Shown: positions 53,462 through 63,540, numbered from the stretch's first letter. The stretch is DNA of 64,000 nt from an uncultured Phycisphaerales bacterium (GCA_963755915.1 CAVWLP010000002.1:2368001-2432000); one strand, 5' to 3'. The notes: generated by a model not told the origin, from the letters alone. Program-made: numbers and translations.

Positions 53462-55415
53462 GTGGAATCGTCGTTGCGCGAGACTCTCAAGATCGCCAAA
53501 TCGCACCACAGCGCCGGGCGGCTGGCGGAAGCGGAGGAGTTGTACCGCGAAATTTTGATGGGCAGCCCGGAGGATGCCGAAACGCTTCAGATGCTCGGCA
53601 CGCTGCTTTCGCAGAAGGGGGAGCACGAAGATGGGCGGGCGCTGGTTGAGCGGGCGATCCGAATTGAGCCGGAGGTGGCGGCTTACCACGCCAACCGGGG
53701 GCTGATTCTGCTGAACCTGGGTTATCTGGAACTGGCGGTGGATGCGCTGCGCCGGGCGCTGGAGCTTGAGCCGAAGTTTCCCGAGGCGCTTTACAACCTG
53801 GGCAACGCGCTGCTGCGGCGGGGGCAGGTGAATGAGGCGATTGAGTGTTATCAGCGGGCGCTGGCGCTGCGGTCGGATGATGCGACGGCGCTTTGCAATC
53901 TGGGGGCGGCTTTGATCGAGGCCGAGCGGTATTCGGAGGCCGTGGGGGTTCTTCGGAGGGCGGTCGATTATCGGCTCGATTATGCCGAGGCGATGAGCAA
54001 TCTGGCGACGGCGCTGGTGCACGAGAATCTTGACGAGGCGATTGAGCTTTATGCGAAGGCGTCGGCGTTGCGGCCTGGGGCGATGGAGATCGTGGCTTAT
54101 CACGCGGGGGCGCTGAAAGAAGCGGGGCGTTTGGATGAAGCCATCGCGGTGTATCGGAAAGCGATCGAGAGTTCTCCGGACAGTGCCCTTCACAGCGGGC
54201 TGCTTTATGCCCTGGAATTTCATCCCGACTGTGATCCCCGCGCTGTGGCGGCGGAGCTTTCGCGGTGGAATGGGATTCATGGGCGGCCGCTGGCGAAGTT
54301 TATTCAGAAACATTTGAATCACACGGACGGGGATCGTCGGATGAAGGTGGGGTACGTTTCGCCGAACTTTTTCCGGCAGGCGGAGGCGCATTTCGTGTTG
54401 CCGCTTCTGGCGGGGCACGATCGGCAGCAGGTGGAAGTGCATTGTTTCTCTGACGTGCGACGGCCGGATGAGCTGACGGAATTGCACCGGCAGGTGTGCG
54501 ACGTGTGGCACGATGTGGCGCGGGATGATGATGACAAGCTGACGAAGCGAATCCGGGAAGCCGGGATCGATATCCTGGTCGATCTGACCATGCACATGCG
54601 AGAGAATCGGCTGCTGGTCTTTGCCCGCAAGCCGGCGCCGGTGCAGTTGACCTGGCTGGCGTATCCGGGGAACACGGGGCTGGAGACGATGGATGGGCGG
54701 CTGACGGATGGGTGCATCGATCCGTTGGGCGGGGAGGAATCGATTTACAGCGAGAAAACGATTCGCCTGCCGGGGTGCTGGTGCTGTTACGATCCGCTGA
54801 GCGATGCGATGGCCCGGCCGGCGGAGCAAAAGGGGGCAATTACGTTTGGGTCGCTGGGCAATCCGTGCAAGCTAAATCCGCGGACGCTGCGGCTGTGGGC
54901 GCAGGTGATGCGGAAGGCGCCCGATTCACGGATGGTGATTTTGTGCAACTCGGAGCGGCAACGCGAGCAGATTCGCCGGGTGTTCGAGGCGGCGGAGGTG
55001 AAGTCGCATCGGGTGCAGTTCGTGGGGACGTGCCGGCGGGAGGAATATCTGCGGCTGTATGATCGGATCGATATTGTGCTGGATTCACAGCCGTTTAATG
55101 GGATCACGACTACTTGCGACGCGCTGTGGATGGGGGTGCCGGTTGTGACGTTGATGGGGGTGCAGCCGCAGGCGCGGGCGGGGGGGAGCATTTTGAGGAC
55201 GGTGGGGTTGGAGAATCTTGTGGTGCGGGCGCCGGAGGAATTCGTCGCGATGGCGGTGAAGCTGGCGGGGGATATTCCCAGGCTGGTGGGGCTTCGGGGG
55301 AGTTTGAGGCAGAAGCTGCTGGAATCGCCGATGGTGGATGCGCGGATTCGCGGCGGGTGTGGAGGGGGTTTATCGGGAGCTATGGCGCGGATGGTGCGCG
55401 CAGTTTGGGGGGTAA
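53462..55415 (+). CDS. TPR-containing O-GlcNAc transferase/SPINDLY-like (GT41) protein (frameshift near 55345)
   Basis: TPR array; KVGYVSP, IDILVDL, RKPAPVQ.TWLAYPG.TGL and TTTCDALWMGVPVV; start approximate. Confidence 0.88.
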
Positions 55416-55425
55416 ATAGGGAACG

Positions 55426-55453
55426 CGCCCCGCGAGCGGGGGCGGCTACACGG
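55426..55453 (-). repeat. GTAG-type REP element
   Basis: cgccccgcgagcgggggcggctacacgg. Confidence 0.7.
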
Positions 55454-55573
55454 GAGAGGGAAAGACACTAAACCAGCCGGACGTTTCTCTCGATCGTCTT
55501 GATCACCGAATCCATCCTGCCCTGAAGCATTTGCCTACCCTTCGACAGCGCACGGTTATGCGCGTAGTCATCC

Positions 55574-56626
55574 TCACGCGGCGGAATATTGATCGACTTC
55601 GACGACCGCATCGGCAAATGCCTGGGGGGCTTCCTGGGGCACGTTGTGGCCGATGCCGTCGAGGATACGGTGGGCGTATTTTGCGGAGAACTGCTTGCGA
55701 TAGCCCATGCCATCCTTCGCGGGGCCGTCGAAATCGCTGGCGATGGTGACCGTGGGGACGGAGATCACGGGATACTGCTGGAGCTTGTTTTCGAGATCGT
55801 CGTATTTCGGTTCGCCGGGCGCGACGCTGATGCGCCAGCGGTAATTGTGGATCACGATGGCCACGTGGTCGGGGTTCTGGAAGGAAGCGGCGGTGCGATC
55901 GAACGTGGCATCGTCGAAATTCCATTTCGGGGAGCAGTTGTGCCAGATGAGCCTGTTGAAGGCGTCGCGGTTCTGGTCGTAGCCGATCTGGCCGCGCTCC
56001 GTCGAGAAATAGTATTGGTACCACCAGGCCAGCTCGGCTGCGGGGGGGAGGGGCTTTTTGTTGGCCTCGAGGTTGGTGATCAGGTAGCCGCTGACGGCGA
56101 CGAGGGCCTTGCATCGGTCGGGCCAAAGGGCGGCCATGATGTCGGCGGTGCGTGCGCCCCAATCGAACCCGCCGATGATCGCGCTTTGGATCTTCAGCGC
56201 GTCCATCAATGCGATAATATCGAGGGCAACCACCGACTGCTGGCCGTTGCGGAAGGTATCGCCGGAAAGAAAAGTGGTCGAGCCGTAGCCGCGGAGGTAG
56301 GGGACGATAACCCGGTATCCCTTGGCGGCCAGGAGCGGGGCGACGTCGACGTAGCTGTGGATGTCGTAGGGCCAGCCGTGGAGAAGAATCACCGGGGTTC
56401 CATCGGGAGGGCCGTCTTCGGCATATCCGACATTCAGCAGGCCGGCATCGACTTGTTTCATCGATGCAAAAGAGGTGTTGGTGCCGGCTGTGGGGGTGAG
56501 CGTCGTCTCATCAGGCGAAGCGGCGTCCTTTGATTCCGAGCATCCTAAAAGGCTCAGTTGGGTGGCGGCAAAGGTCAACGCGGCCGTGCCGAGGAAACGC
56601 CGCCGGTTGCGGTTGAAATCCTGCAT
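55574..56626 (-). CDS. Alpha/beta hydrolase (epoxide-hydrolase-like) with a twin-arginine signal
   Basis: NRRRFL Tat motif, LLHGWP, LRGYG, GFDWGA and GHNVPQE. Confidence 0.9.
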   Translation of the reverse strand: MQDFNRNRRRFLGTAALTFAATQLSLLGCSESKDAASPDETTLTPTAGTNTSFASMKQVDAGLLNVGYAEDGPPDGTPVILLHGWPYDIHSYVDVAPLLAAKGYRVIVPYLRGYGSTTFLSGDTFRNGQQSVVALDIIALMDALKIQSAIIGGFDWGARTADIMAALWPDRCKALVAVSGYLITNLEANKKPLPPAAELAWWYQYYFSTERGQIGYDQNRDAFNRLIWHNCSPKWNFDDATFDRTAASFQNPDHVAIVIHNYRWRISVAPGEPKYDDLENKLQQYPVISVPTVTIASDFDGPAKDGMGYRKQFSAKYAHRILDGIGHNVPQEAPQAFADAVVEVDQYSAA

Positions 56627-56662
56627 AGCAGTCCTCCCTGTATTTGATTGTTGGCAGACGAT

Positions 56663-57079
56663 TCAGACGATCTTGAGGGCAACGTCGACATTTCCACGCG
56701 TGGCCCGGGAATAGGGGCAGACCTGGTGGGCGGATTCGACGAGTTGATGGGCGATCTCGGGATCGATGCCGGGCAGGCTGACGTTCAGACGGGCGGCGAG
56801 TCCGAAGTTGCCCCCGGCGGTGCCGAGGTCGACTTCAATGTCGATGGAAGCGGTGGCGGGGACGGGGATTTTCTTTAATCCGGCGACGTGCTGGATGGCG
56901 CTGAGGAAGCAGGCGGACCAACCGGCCGCGAAGAGTTGTTCGGGATTTGTGCCGGTGCCTGAGCCGCCGGGACGGGAGAACTTTACGTCGACCCGTCCGT
57001 CGTCGCTGCGGGCAGCGCCTTCGCGGCCGCCGGTAGTGTGGACTTTCGCCGTGTACAGGACTTTTTCGAACTTGGCCAT
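56663..57079 (-). CDS. ohr: Organic hydroperoxide resistance protein
   Basis: GGREG, TNPEQLFAAGWSACF and AHQVCPYSRATRGN. Confidence 0.95.
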   Translation of the reverse strand: MAKFEKVLYTAKVHTTGGREGAARSDDGRVDVKFSRPGGSGTGTNPEQLFAAGWSACFLSAIQHVAGLKKIPVPATASIDIEVDLGTAGGNFGLAARLNVSLPGIDPEIAHQLVESAHQVCPYSRATRGNVDVALKIV

Positions 57080-57537
57080 GATTGATGTCTCCTTCGCTGT
57101 GTGGTTTGTCGAATGGACAGTCTATGCGCAAGCCACCTCATCTGTCGCGTTGAGCGCAAAAAAAAGCCGACCCGGGCAAGGTCGGCCTCGAATGGGGCTG
57201 ATGAAGGGTGTCCCGGGTTGGAAACGGGAACGCCCCTTCACATCGGGGAAAGAATGGGCTAAGTTTTCAATGTCACCTGCCGACTTTCGTCGCGGCGACG
57301 GGTGATTGATAACGCAATGATCGTGCCGATTCTCAAATTGGGCCGCCCCATTTGGCCGCGTGGTTTTTATATTAGTGAAATGTGGATAAATAGTTGCGAA
57401 ATCGACGGCGTCTTCAAAGCAGACGCGAGGCGGGAGAATTTTTTTTATTCGCTCCGCCAAGTTGGCATTTTTTGCCGCGACAGCAATGCGAGAATGACAG
57501 GGGAAATATTGAGATTGTGTGAACACTGGAGACGTGC

Positions 57538-58455
57538 GTGAGGATTCTGGTTACCGGCGGAGCCGGATTCATCGGGTCGAACTTGGCCATCGAACTTGCT
57601 TCGGCTGGCCATGAGGTTGCAATCGCGGACGATTTCTCGTCGGCCTATTGGAAAAATCTGATCGATTTTCGGGGAGAGGTCGTAGCCGCTGATATCGCGG
57701 CCGACGCAACGCCGCTTACTCGTCTCGATCCCTGCCAGGTCATATATCATCAGGCCTCCATTACTGACACGACCGTCACGGATCAGCGCAAGATGACGTT
57801 CAACAACGTTGAAGGGTTCCGAAACATCCTGGAACTGAGCAAGCAGTGGCAGAGCCAGGTGATCTGGGCGGGAAGCGCCAGCGTTTATGGCAGAACGCCG
57901 GCGCCAACGAAGGAGTCGGTAAAATCCGATCCGCTCAATGTCTACGCTTACTCGAAGCTGGCGATGGAGCATCTGGCGGATCGATATCGATCCAAGCTCC
58001 AGCGCGACATTGTCGGATTGAGATATTTCAATGTGTATGGGCCAGGGGAGGATCACAAGGGGAAATTCGCCAGCATGATTCATCAGCTCGCCAAACAGAT
58101 GCGAGCCGGCAAGCGTCCGCGAATTTTTACGGCCGGGCAGCAACGCCGGGATTTCGTGTACGTGGCGGACGTGGTGCAGGCGAATATTTCGGCGATCAAA
58201 TCGACCCGCGGCGGAGTGTTCAACATCGGCAGCGGGGCGTCGTGGTCATTCAATGAGGTGGTCGTCCAGCTCAACCGGGTGCTGGAAACAAAATTGGAGC
58301 CGGATTATTTCGAAAATCCCTACAGTTTCACGCAGGATTGGACCGAAGCGGATTTAACGGAATCGAAGCGGTGCCTGGGCTATGAGCCGCGGTATGATCT
58401 TGCCAAAGGGATCGACGCCTACCTGAAAAGCGGGCAACTGGGAGTTGGCCGATGA
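57538..58455 (+). CDS. hldD: ADP-L-glycero-D-manno-heptose 6-epimerase-like NAD-dependent epimerase
   Basis: TGGAGFIGSN, HQASITDTT, PLNVYAYSK, LRYFNVYGPGEDHKG and RDFVYV. Confidence 0.8.
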   Translation: MRILVTGGAGFIGSNLAIELASAGHEVAIADDFSSAYWKNLIDFRGEVVAADIAADATPLTRLDPCQVIYHQASITDTTVTDQRKMTFNNVEGFRNILELSKQWQSQVIWAGSASVYGRTPAPTKESVKSDPLNVYAYSKLAMEHLADRYRSKLQRDIVGLRYFNVYGPGEDHKGKFASMIHQLAKQMRAGKRPRIFTAGQQRRDFVYVADVVQANISAIKSTRGGVFNIGSGASWSFNEVVVQLNRVLETKLEPDYFENPYSFTQDWTEADLTESKRCLGYEPRYDLAKGIDAYLKSGQLGVGR

Positions 58456-59300
58456 GCGAATTGATCTGGATCAACGGGGAAATCATGCCGCTGAATGAAG
58501 CGCGCATCGGCGTCGAGGATCGGGGGTTTCAGTTTGCTGATGGGGTCTACGAAGTCGTCCGGATTTACAACGGCAAACTGTTTGCGCTCGACGCCCACCT
58601 TCAGCGATTGGTGAAATCTGCGGAAGGGATCGAGCTGAAGCTGCCGGTTGCGGCGGGGCAGTTGCGCGGGGAGATTGGGAAATTCGTCGCGCGGAATCCA
58701 CTTGCGGATGGGATGATCTATCTTCAGCTCACCCGCGGGGCGGCGCCGCGGAATCACGCGTTTCCGGATTGCGGGCCGACCCTGCTGTTTTATGCGCGGG
58801 AGCTGGATCCGCTGGGCGAGCCTGCCAAGTCGCAGGGGATTCGGTTGATAACTGTCGCGGATGAGCGATGGAAGCGGTGCTGGATCAAGTCGATCGCGCT
58901 GCTTCCGAATGTGCTGGCGAAGAATAAGGCGCTGGCCGCCGGCGCGGATGAAGCGGTGTTCATCGACAACGGCGTGGTGACGGAATGCTCGGCGAGCAAC
59001 GTGTTCATCGTGCGCGGGCGGCGGCTTCTGACTCATGCCGTTGGGCCCAAGGTGCTTCCGGGAATCACCCGGGCGATTCTTCTGGAGCTTGCACCCACGG
59101 TTGGCCTGAGCGTGGGCGAAGAGGCGTTCAGCGAAGATGAAGCGATCCATGCGGATGAGGTTTTCATCACCAGCACGACGCGGGAGATTTCGTGGGTTTT
59201 GCGGTGGAATCAGACGCAGATCGGGTCGGGGAAGTGCGGGCCGCATACGCTGGCGCTGCATGAGGCGCTTCGCAAACGCGTCGCCGGCGAGACGGCGTAA
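58452..59300 (+). CDS. Class IV aminotransferase (D-amino-acid transaminase-like)
   Basis: EDRGFQFADGVYEV, IKSIALLPNVL, ECSASNVF, LPGITR and ADEVFITST. Confidence 0.9.
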   Translation: MSELIWINGEIMPLNEARIGVEDRGFQFADGVYEVVRIYNGKLFALDAHLQRLVKSAEGIELKLPVAAGQLRGEIGKFVARNPLADGMIYLQLTRGAAPRNHAFPDCGPTLLFYARELDPLGEPAKSQGIRLITVADERWKRCWIKSIALLPNVLAKNKALAAGADEAVFIDNGVVTECSASNVFIVRGRRLLTHAVGPKVLPGITRAILLELAPTVGLSVGEEAFSEDEAIHADEVFITSTTREISWVLRWNQTQIGSGKCGPHTLALHEALRKRVAGETA

Positions 59301-59360
59301 GGATTTTCAGCCCTGCTCAGTTGACGATTTTTAGCCAAATTTCTGGCACTTTGCAACAGG

Positions 59361-59381
59361 TGTGGGCGCTGATGTGGGCGC
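59361..59381. repeat. Arm-type direct repeat pair TGTGGGCGC (12-nt period), left end
   Basis: tgtgggcgc tga tgtgggcgc. Confidence 0.75.
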
Positions 59382-59601
59382 GTGAATGCGGGTATGCCTA
59401 CAGCGTAATCAGCATTGTCTGAGATGAAACCGAAAAGGAGGCCAAGACCAATTCGAAAAACGACCGCCTCAGTTTCATCCAATACCCGTTCACCTTTCGA
59501 TGTTTCCCACATTCAAATATGATCGGTTAATTACGTGAAATAGCATTATGTGATTAGGTTCTCGGATGACGCCTTGGGGCCAGCCTTCAGGCCTTCGCGC
59601 T

Positions 59602-60033
59602 TCACTGAAAGAAGAGGCCGTGGTTCAGACCAAAGAATCCGGCCACGTTCGCGATGGCTGACTTGCTCCACTCTCGCTTGCCGCTCAACATGTCCGACAG
59701 GGCGCTCTGGGAAATGCCACGTTGCTTGGCAAAGGCATTCACACTCAGGCCGCGTTCGCCGAGCAGGTGTCGCACGACATCCGCCGCCGAAATGCCCGAC
59801 GTGTCCAACTGAAGATTCTGCTCACGCTCGTACGTCTCGATAAGGCCGACCAGAACCTTCTTGTAGTCGAGCACGTCCTTTCGCTTATCCCCAACGAGGC
59901 TACGAAGAGCCTGCTTGGATTGTCGGTGTTCCTCGGCGTTGTGGATGGGCCGGAGCGGATAGAGATTCACGATCAGGTTGAGGTAGGGGTCGAGGCCCGT
60001 TGACGCGCCCGAGTTCTTGGTTTTTGTTGTCAT
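59602..60033 (-). CDS. higA: HigA-type antitoxin (XRE HTH)
   Basis: PLRPIHNAEEH...LIETYE...LLGERGLSV..A...GISQSALSDMLSGKR. Confidence 0.85.
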   Translation of the reverse strand: MTTKTKNSGASTGLDPYLNLIVNLYPLRPIHNAEEHRQSKQALRSLVGDKRKDVLDYKKVLVGLIETYEREQNLQLDTSGISAADVVRHLLGERGLSVNAFAKQRGISQSALSDMLSGKREWSKSAIANVAGFFGLNHGLFFQ

Positions 60034-60034
60034 C

Positions 60035-60343
60035 TCAGTATCTCTCTTTCCACAAGTTCTTGTCGTACTCGGCGTGCGTAGGAACTTCTAACACCTCAAC
60101 GAATTGAGCGTCGTAGTCAATGACGGTCAGGAGGCGGTAATTGCCGCCCTTGGTGTTGAACACTGTCACGACAGTCTTGCTTTTCAGCGTTACGCCATCG
60201 GCCGAGGAATATGTCTTCCTCACGTTCTGCAAGCTGTGCCACTCCGACTCATCAACGGCCTTGGCCCACACGTCAAGCCATGTTTTGAGCGGCTTGTTCT
60301 TTTTGCCCACCGCTGTCAGCACGTCCTGCCCGATCAGCGTCAT
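60035..60343 (-). CDS. higB: HigB-type toxin (RelE-like mRNA interferase)
   Basis: W...V....W.SLQNVRKTYSSAD...VFNTKGGNYRLL..IDY...THAEYDK. Confidence 0.88.
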   Translation of the reverse strand: MTLIGQDVLTAVGKKNKPLKTWLDVWAKAVDESEWHSLQNVRKTYSSADGVTLKSKTVVTVFNTKGGNYRLLTVIDYDAQFVEVLEVPTHAEYDKNLWKERY

Positions 60344-60349
60344 TATCAC

Positions 60350-60395
60350 ATTATGCGATAGATCGGCCGAAAAGTCAAGAAACATTAGCCGATCT
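60350..60395 (-). promoter_or_regulatory. higBA sigma70 promoter with an overlapping inverted repeat (likely HigA operator)
   Basis: Minus strand TTGACT (60378-60373) -17 nt- CATAAT (60355-60350), 6 nt before the ATG; AGATCGGC (60360) / GCCGATCT (60388) inverted repeat. Confidence 0.7.
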
Positions 60396-60788
60396 GGCGT
60401 GCGTTCCGAGCAAGTTTTACGCCCCCCTCAGTCACCGGCTCGAAATGATTCCTGATCTCGACCCTGATGACCTCCCGACGCCAAGAACTGATACCCCAGA
60501 CCGCAACGGCTGCTCCCAAAATCGTCGCCGCACTTGCCGCTACGCTCACCCATCCCCGCAAATCCGATGGCATGAAAGTCCCCATTCTCCCACAATAGCC
60601 CATCACAGATACTGGGGAATGCGACCGATACGCAGCATTTGGTTATGACGATCCGGTTCGATAAGGAGAGTCATTTCTGGCCGCGCCGAGGTGGGACTTG
60701 CCCGAGGCACAAAGTACGAAACCGTCACAGAAATGACCCACAGATCGATTAAGGCACGACGGAGAGGCTGGACGTTTCACCCTATCCA

Positions 60789-60809
60789 TGTGGGCGCGTA
60801 TGTGGGCGC
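60789..60809. repeat. Arm-type direct repeat pair TGTGGGCGC (12-nt period), right end
   Basis: tgtgggcgc gta tgtgggcgc. Confidence 0.75.
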
Positions 60810-60931
60810 GACAGCTAATAAATCGTGCTCGTATTGCGTCAAATGCACCATTTTTTTGAATTGCAGAAGTGCGCAGCAGAAAACTCCGGTTATGGCCGGA
60901 GTTTGTGCAGTTTTAGCTGCCTTCTGGTCAA

Positions 60932-60965
60932 TGGGCGGAGCCGGAATTGAACCGGCGACACATGG
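60932..60965 (-). pseudogene. tRNA 3' half (Phe-like), att-site fragment
   Basis: CCAT-GTGTC-GCCGG-TTCAATT-CCGGC-TCCGCCC-A: 3' anticodon stem, variable loop, T-arm and acceptor strand; no D-arm or 5' half; followed by a hairpin at 60874-60908. Confidence 0.8.
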
Positions 60966-60969
60966 TTTT

Positions 60970-61164
60970 TTACATCCTGGGGTCGCCGGGTGTTTCAATG
61001 TCGGGGTCGTCGCCCTTCAAATCGTTCAAAAGATCGACGTAATCGGCATCGTCTAATTCGAACCAATCGGGGATTGCGGCGACGGCGCAGCCGCGGCGCT
61101 CGGCGAGGGCTTCGAGGATCCGTTGGCGGAGGTCGGGATCGGTTATTTCGCGGATGCGGATCAT
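60970..61164 (-). CDS. Small acidic hypothetical protein
   Basis: 64-aa ORF directly downstream of the PIN gene; its stop codon abuts the att fragment. Confidence 0.55.
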   Translation of the reverse strand: MIRIREITDPDLRQRILEALAERRGCAVAAIPDWFELDDADYVDLLNDLKGDDPDIETPGDPRM

Positions 61165-61174
61165 AACTAACGGT

Positions 61175-61525
61175 TCAGGGTGTACGGATGCGCATGACTG
61201 CCGGTGATATGACTATGAATGCACGTTCAAGCCGGGAAGCGTGTTCGCGAACGGCATCGCGGACTAATTTCGCCTTGGTGTCGCTGGACAAACCCGACAA
61301 ACGCAGAAGCACCACGCCGGAATGAACTTTTTTTTGGCGGTAAACGAGCAGTCCAAAATCCTTGTCATCAGTCAGTAGCATTGACTGCGTTTTATTCGCC
61401 AGTTCAAGGACGCGGTCGTCATCCATGCCACGGCCGATTTCTTTGATGGACTGAACGCTATGGCCGTCGGCGCGCAAAGCGTCGATTATCGAGGCATCGA
61501 CGTTTTCGTCAGCAAGAAAATTCAC
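61175..61525 (-). CDS. DUF5615 PIN-like putative toxin
   Basis: FLADENV, GHSV, DDRVL, LLTDDKDFG and GVVLLRL. Confidence 0.88.
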   Translation of the reverse strand: MNFLADENVDASIIDALRADGHSVQSIKEIGRGMDDDRVLELANKTQSMLLTDDKDFGLLVYRQKKVHSGVVLLRLSGLSSDTKAKLVRDAVREHASRLERAFIVISPAVMRIRTP

Positions 61526-61758
61526 ACGGCCGTTCCACGAATCGGATAAACGACATCCGACCCCAGTGATTTAGCCGCGAAATCGAGCGCCGCGCGAATT
61601 GCCGGTTCTGTCAAATGCGGAAAGGCTTCGAGAATCTGTTCGACTGTTTCACCCGCGGCGAGTCTTTCGAGGATCAACTCCACAGTGATTCTGGTGCCTG
61701 CGATGACCGGTTTGCCCATCATGATGCGAGGATTGGCTTCAATAACTGGTTCTGCCAT
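61522..61758 (-). CDS. DUF433 putative antitoxin
   Basis: IEANPRIMMGKPVIAGTRITVELIL..LAAG....IL..FPHL; 4-nt overlap with the PIN gene. Confidence 0.92.
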   Translation of the reverse strand: MAEPVIEANPRIMMGKPVIAGTRITVELILERLAAGETVEQILEAFPHLTEPAIRAALDFAAKSLGSDVVYPIRGTAV

Positions 61759-61831
61759 ATAGGGTCCGTATATTGGGGCTTATTATACCCGCCGAGATGG
61801 AACTAGCACGAGGCAGCGACATCCATTTGAT

Positions 61832-61876
61832 AAACCTAACCCCGCCGCCGCATTCCCCAGAGTTCAGGGGAGGGGG
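61832..61876. repeat. Degenerate CCCTCCCC..GGGGAGGG repeat
   Basis: aacctaaccccgccgccgcattccccagagttcaggggaggggg. Confidence 0.5.
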
Positions 61877-61893
61877 TAAGAGGGGGAAGACAT

Positions 61894-63457
61894 TTATAGT
61901 CCATATTCCTTCCACCGCCGCTCGATCAACTCTCGGGTTTTCTGATCCACCTCCAGCTCCTTCGGCCAGGTCCGCACCTTCCCCTCGGCGGGCCATTTCA
62001 CGGTGGCATCGAAACCGATTTTGCTCCCCGCCCCCAATTCCGGGCTGGCGTGGTCGAGAATGTCGACCGGGCCATGAACGATTTCGCTGTCGCGCTGGGG
62101 ATCGCAATTGGAGAAGAGGTGGAAGAGGACATCCTGCTCGTCGTGAACATTCACGTTCTCGTCCACCACGATGATGAATTTCGTGAACGACATCTGGCCC
62201 GCTCCCCAGATCGCGTGCATGACCCGGCGAGCCTGCCAGGGATATTCCTTGCGAATCTTGATGAAGGCGCAGTTATGGAACACGCCGCTGATCGGCAGGC
62301 TGTAATCGACGATGTCGGGAACGATGGTGCGCAGCAGGGGCAGGAAAATCCGTTCGGTGGCCTTGCCGAGGAAATAATCTTCCATCGGCGGCTTGCCGAC
62401 GATCGTCGTCGGATAGATCGGATTTTTTCGGTGAGTGATGGCGGTGATGTGATAAGCCGGATACCAGTCGGCAAGGCTGTAGAATCCGGTGTGATCGCCG
62501 AACGGGCCTTCCATGAGCTTTTCGCTGGGGTCGACGAATCCTTCGATGACGATTTCGGCGTTGGCCGGGACTTCAAGGGGGATCGTCCGGCAGGGGACGA
62601 GTCTGGATCCCGCCGTCGTTGAGGAATCCGGCAAAGAGCAGCTCTTCAATGCCAGGCGGCAGTGGGGCGGTGGCGGCGTAGGGCAAAACGCTTTCGCCGC
62701 CGAGCACGATTGCCAGGGGCATTTTCTCGCCGCGCTTTTGATACATGCGGAAATGGCGGGCGCCGTCGTGGTGCATGTGCCAGTGCATGGCGCATTTGCG
62801 CGGGCCGAACTGCTGGACGCGGTACATGCCGATGTTGCGGTCGCCGGTCTCGGGGTTCTGGGTGAAGATTCCGCCGAAGGTGATATAGCGGCCGGTGCCT
62901 TTTTCGGTGAGCTTTTCGCAGGCGGCGGGATCGAAGACCTGGCCGCTGTCGACAAATCGCCATCGAGGGGCCAGCATTGAATGAGCGGCAGACGATTCAA
63001 ATCGGCCTTTTCGCCTTCGAGCAGGACCTGCTGGCAAATTCCGGTTGCGGACGGATTTTGGGGGAAAACTGCCGAGCTTCAGAAGATCCGGCAGCTTCTT
63101 CATTTTCTCGAGCAGCGTCGTGGGAATTTCCGGTTTCACAAGGGCCTGGACGCGTTCGGCAAGCTCGGCCAGCGAATTCGTTCCCAGCGCCTTGTTGACG
63201 CGCCAGTAGGATCCAAAGGTGTTGATGGCGACGGGAATGTCTGAGCCCGCGACATTTTCGAAGAGCAGTGCCTTGCCCCCGAGTTTCGAGGCGGCGGACT
63301 GGTCGAGCTCCTGATGGCCGTGCGGGGCGGGTGTTCGGGACATGCGGCCGGCGATGGCGGCGATTTCCAGCTTCGGATCGACTGTCGCCGGTACTTTGGC
63401 GAGTTCGCCTTCGCGCTCCAGAAGGGCCAAAAAGTCGGAAAGGGTTTCGGTGGACAT
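61894..63457 (-). CDS. UbiD family decarboxylase (menaquinone/futalosine-pathway type; several frameshifts)
   Basis: VDPKLEI, ALLFEN, QCWPLDG, RNIGMYR, MHWHMHHDGA, EGPFGDHTG, GKPPMED and LDHAS. Confidence 0.9.
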
Positions 63458-63478
63458 GGGGGGGTAGGTTAAGTCCGC

Positions 63479-63540
63479 CGATTGCCTATTTCCAATTGCC
63501 TATTTCCAATTTGAAAATTGGCAATAGGAAATAGGCAATC
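63479..63540. repeat. Heptamer repeats arranged as a long inverted repeat
   Basis: gattgcctatttccaattgcctatttccaat ttgaaa attggcaataggaaataggcaatc. Confidence 0.75.

Larger units (their letters stand above)
59301..60968. mobile_element. Integrase-free mini-island bounded by tRNA-Phe-like att halves, carrying HigBA
   Basis: Minus strand: tRNA 3' half at 60965-60932 and anticodon-loop motif GGCTGAAAATCC at 59312-59301; paired TGTGGGCGC repeats at both ends; composition differs from the flanks. Confidence 0.7.

Noticed and set aside
60932-61005. Intact tRNA gene
   Set aside because: Only the 3' half is present. The upstream sequence is the end of a protein-coding gene, with no D-arm or matching 5' acceptor strand.
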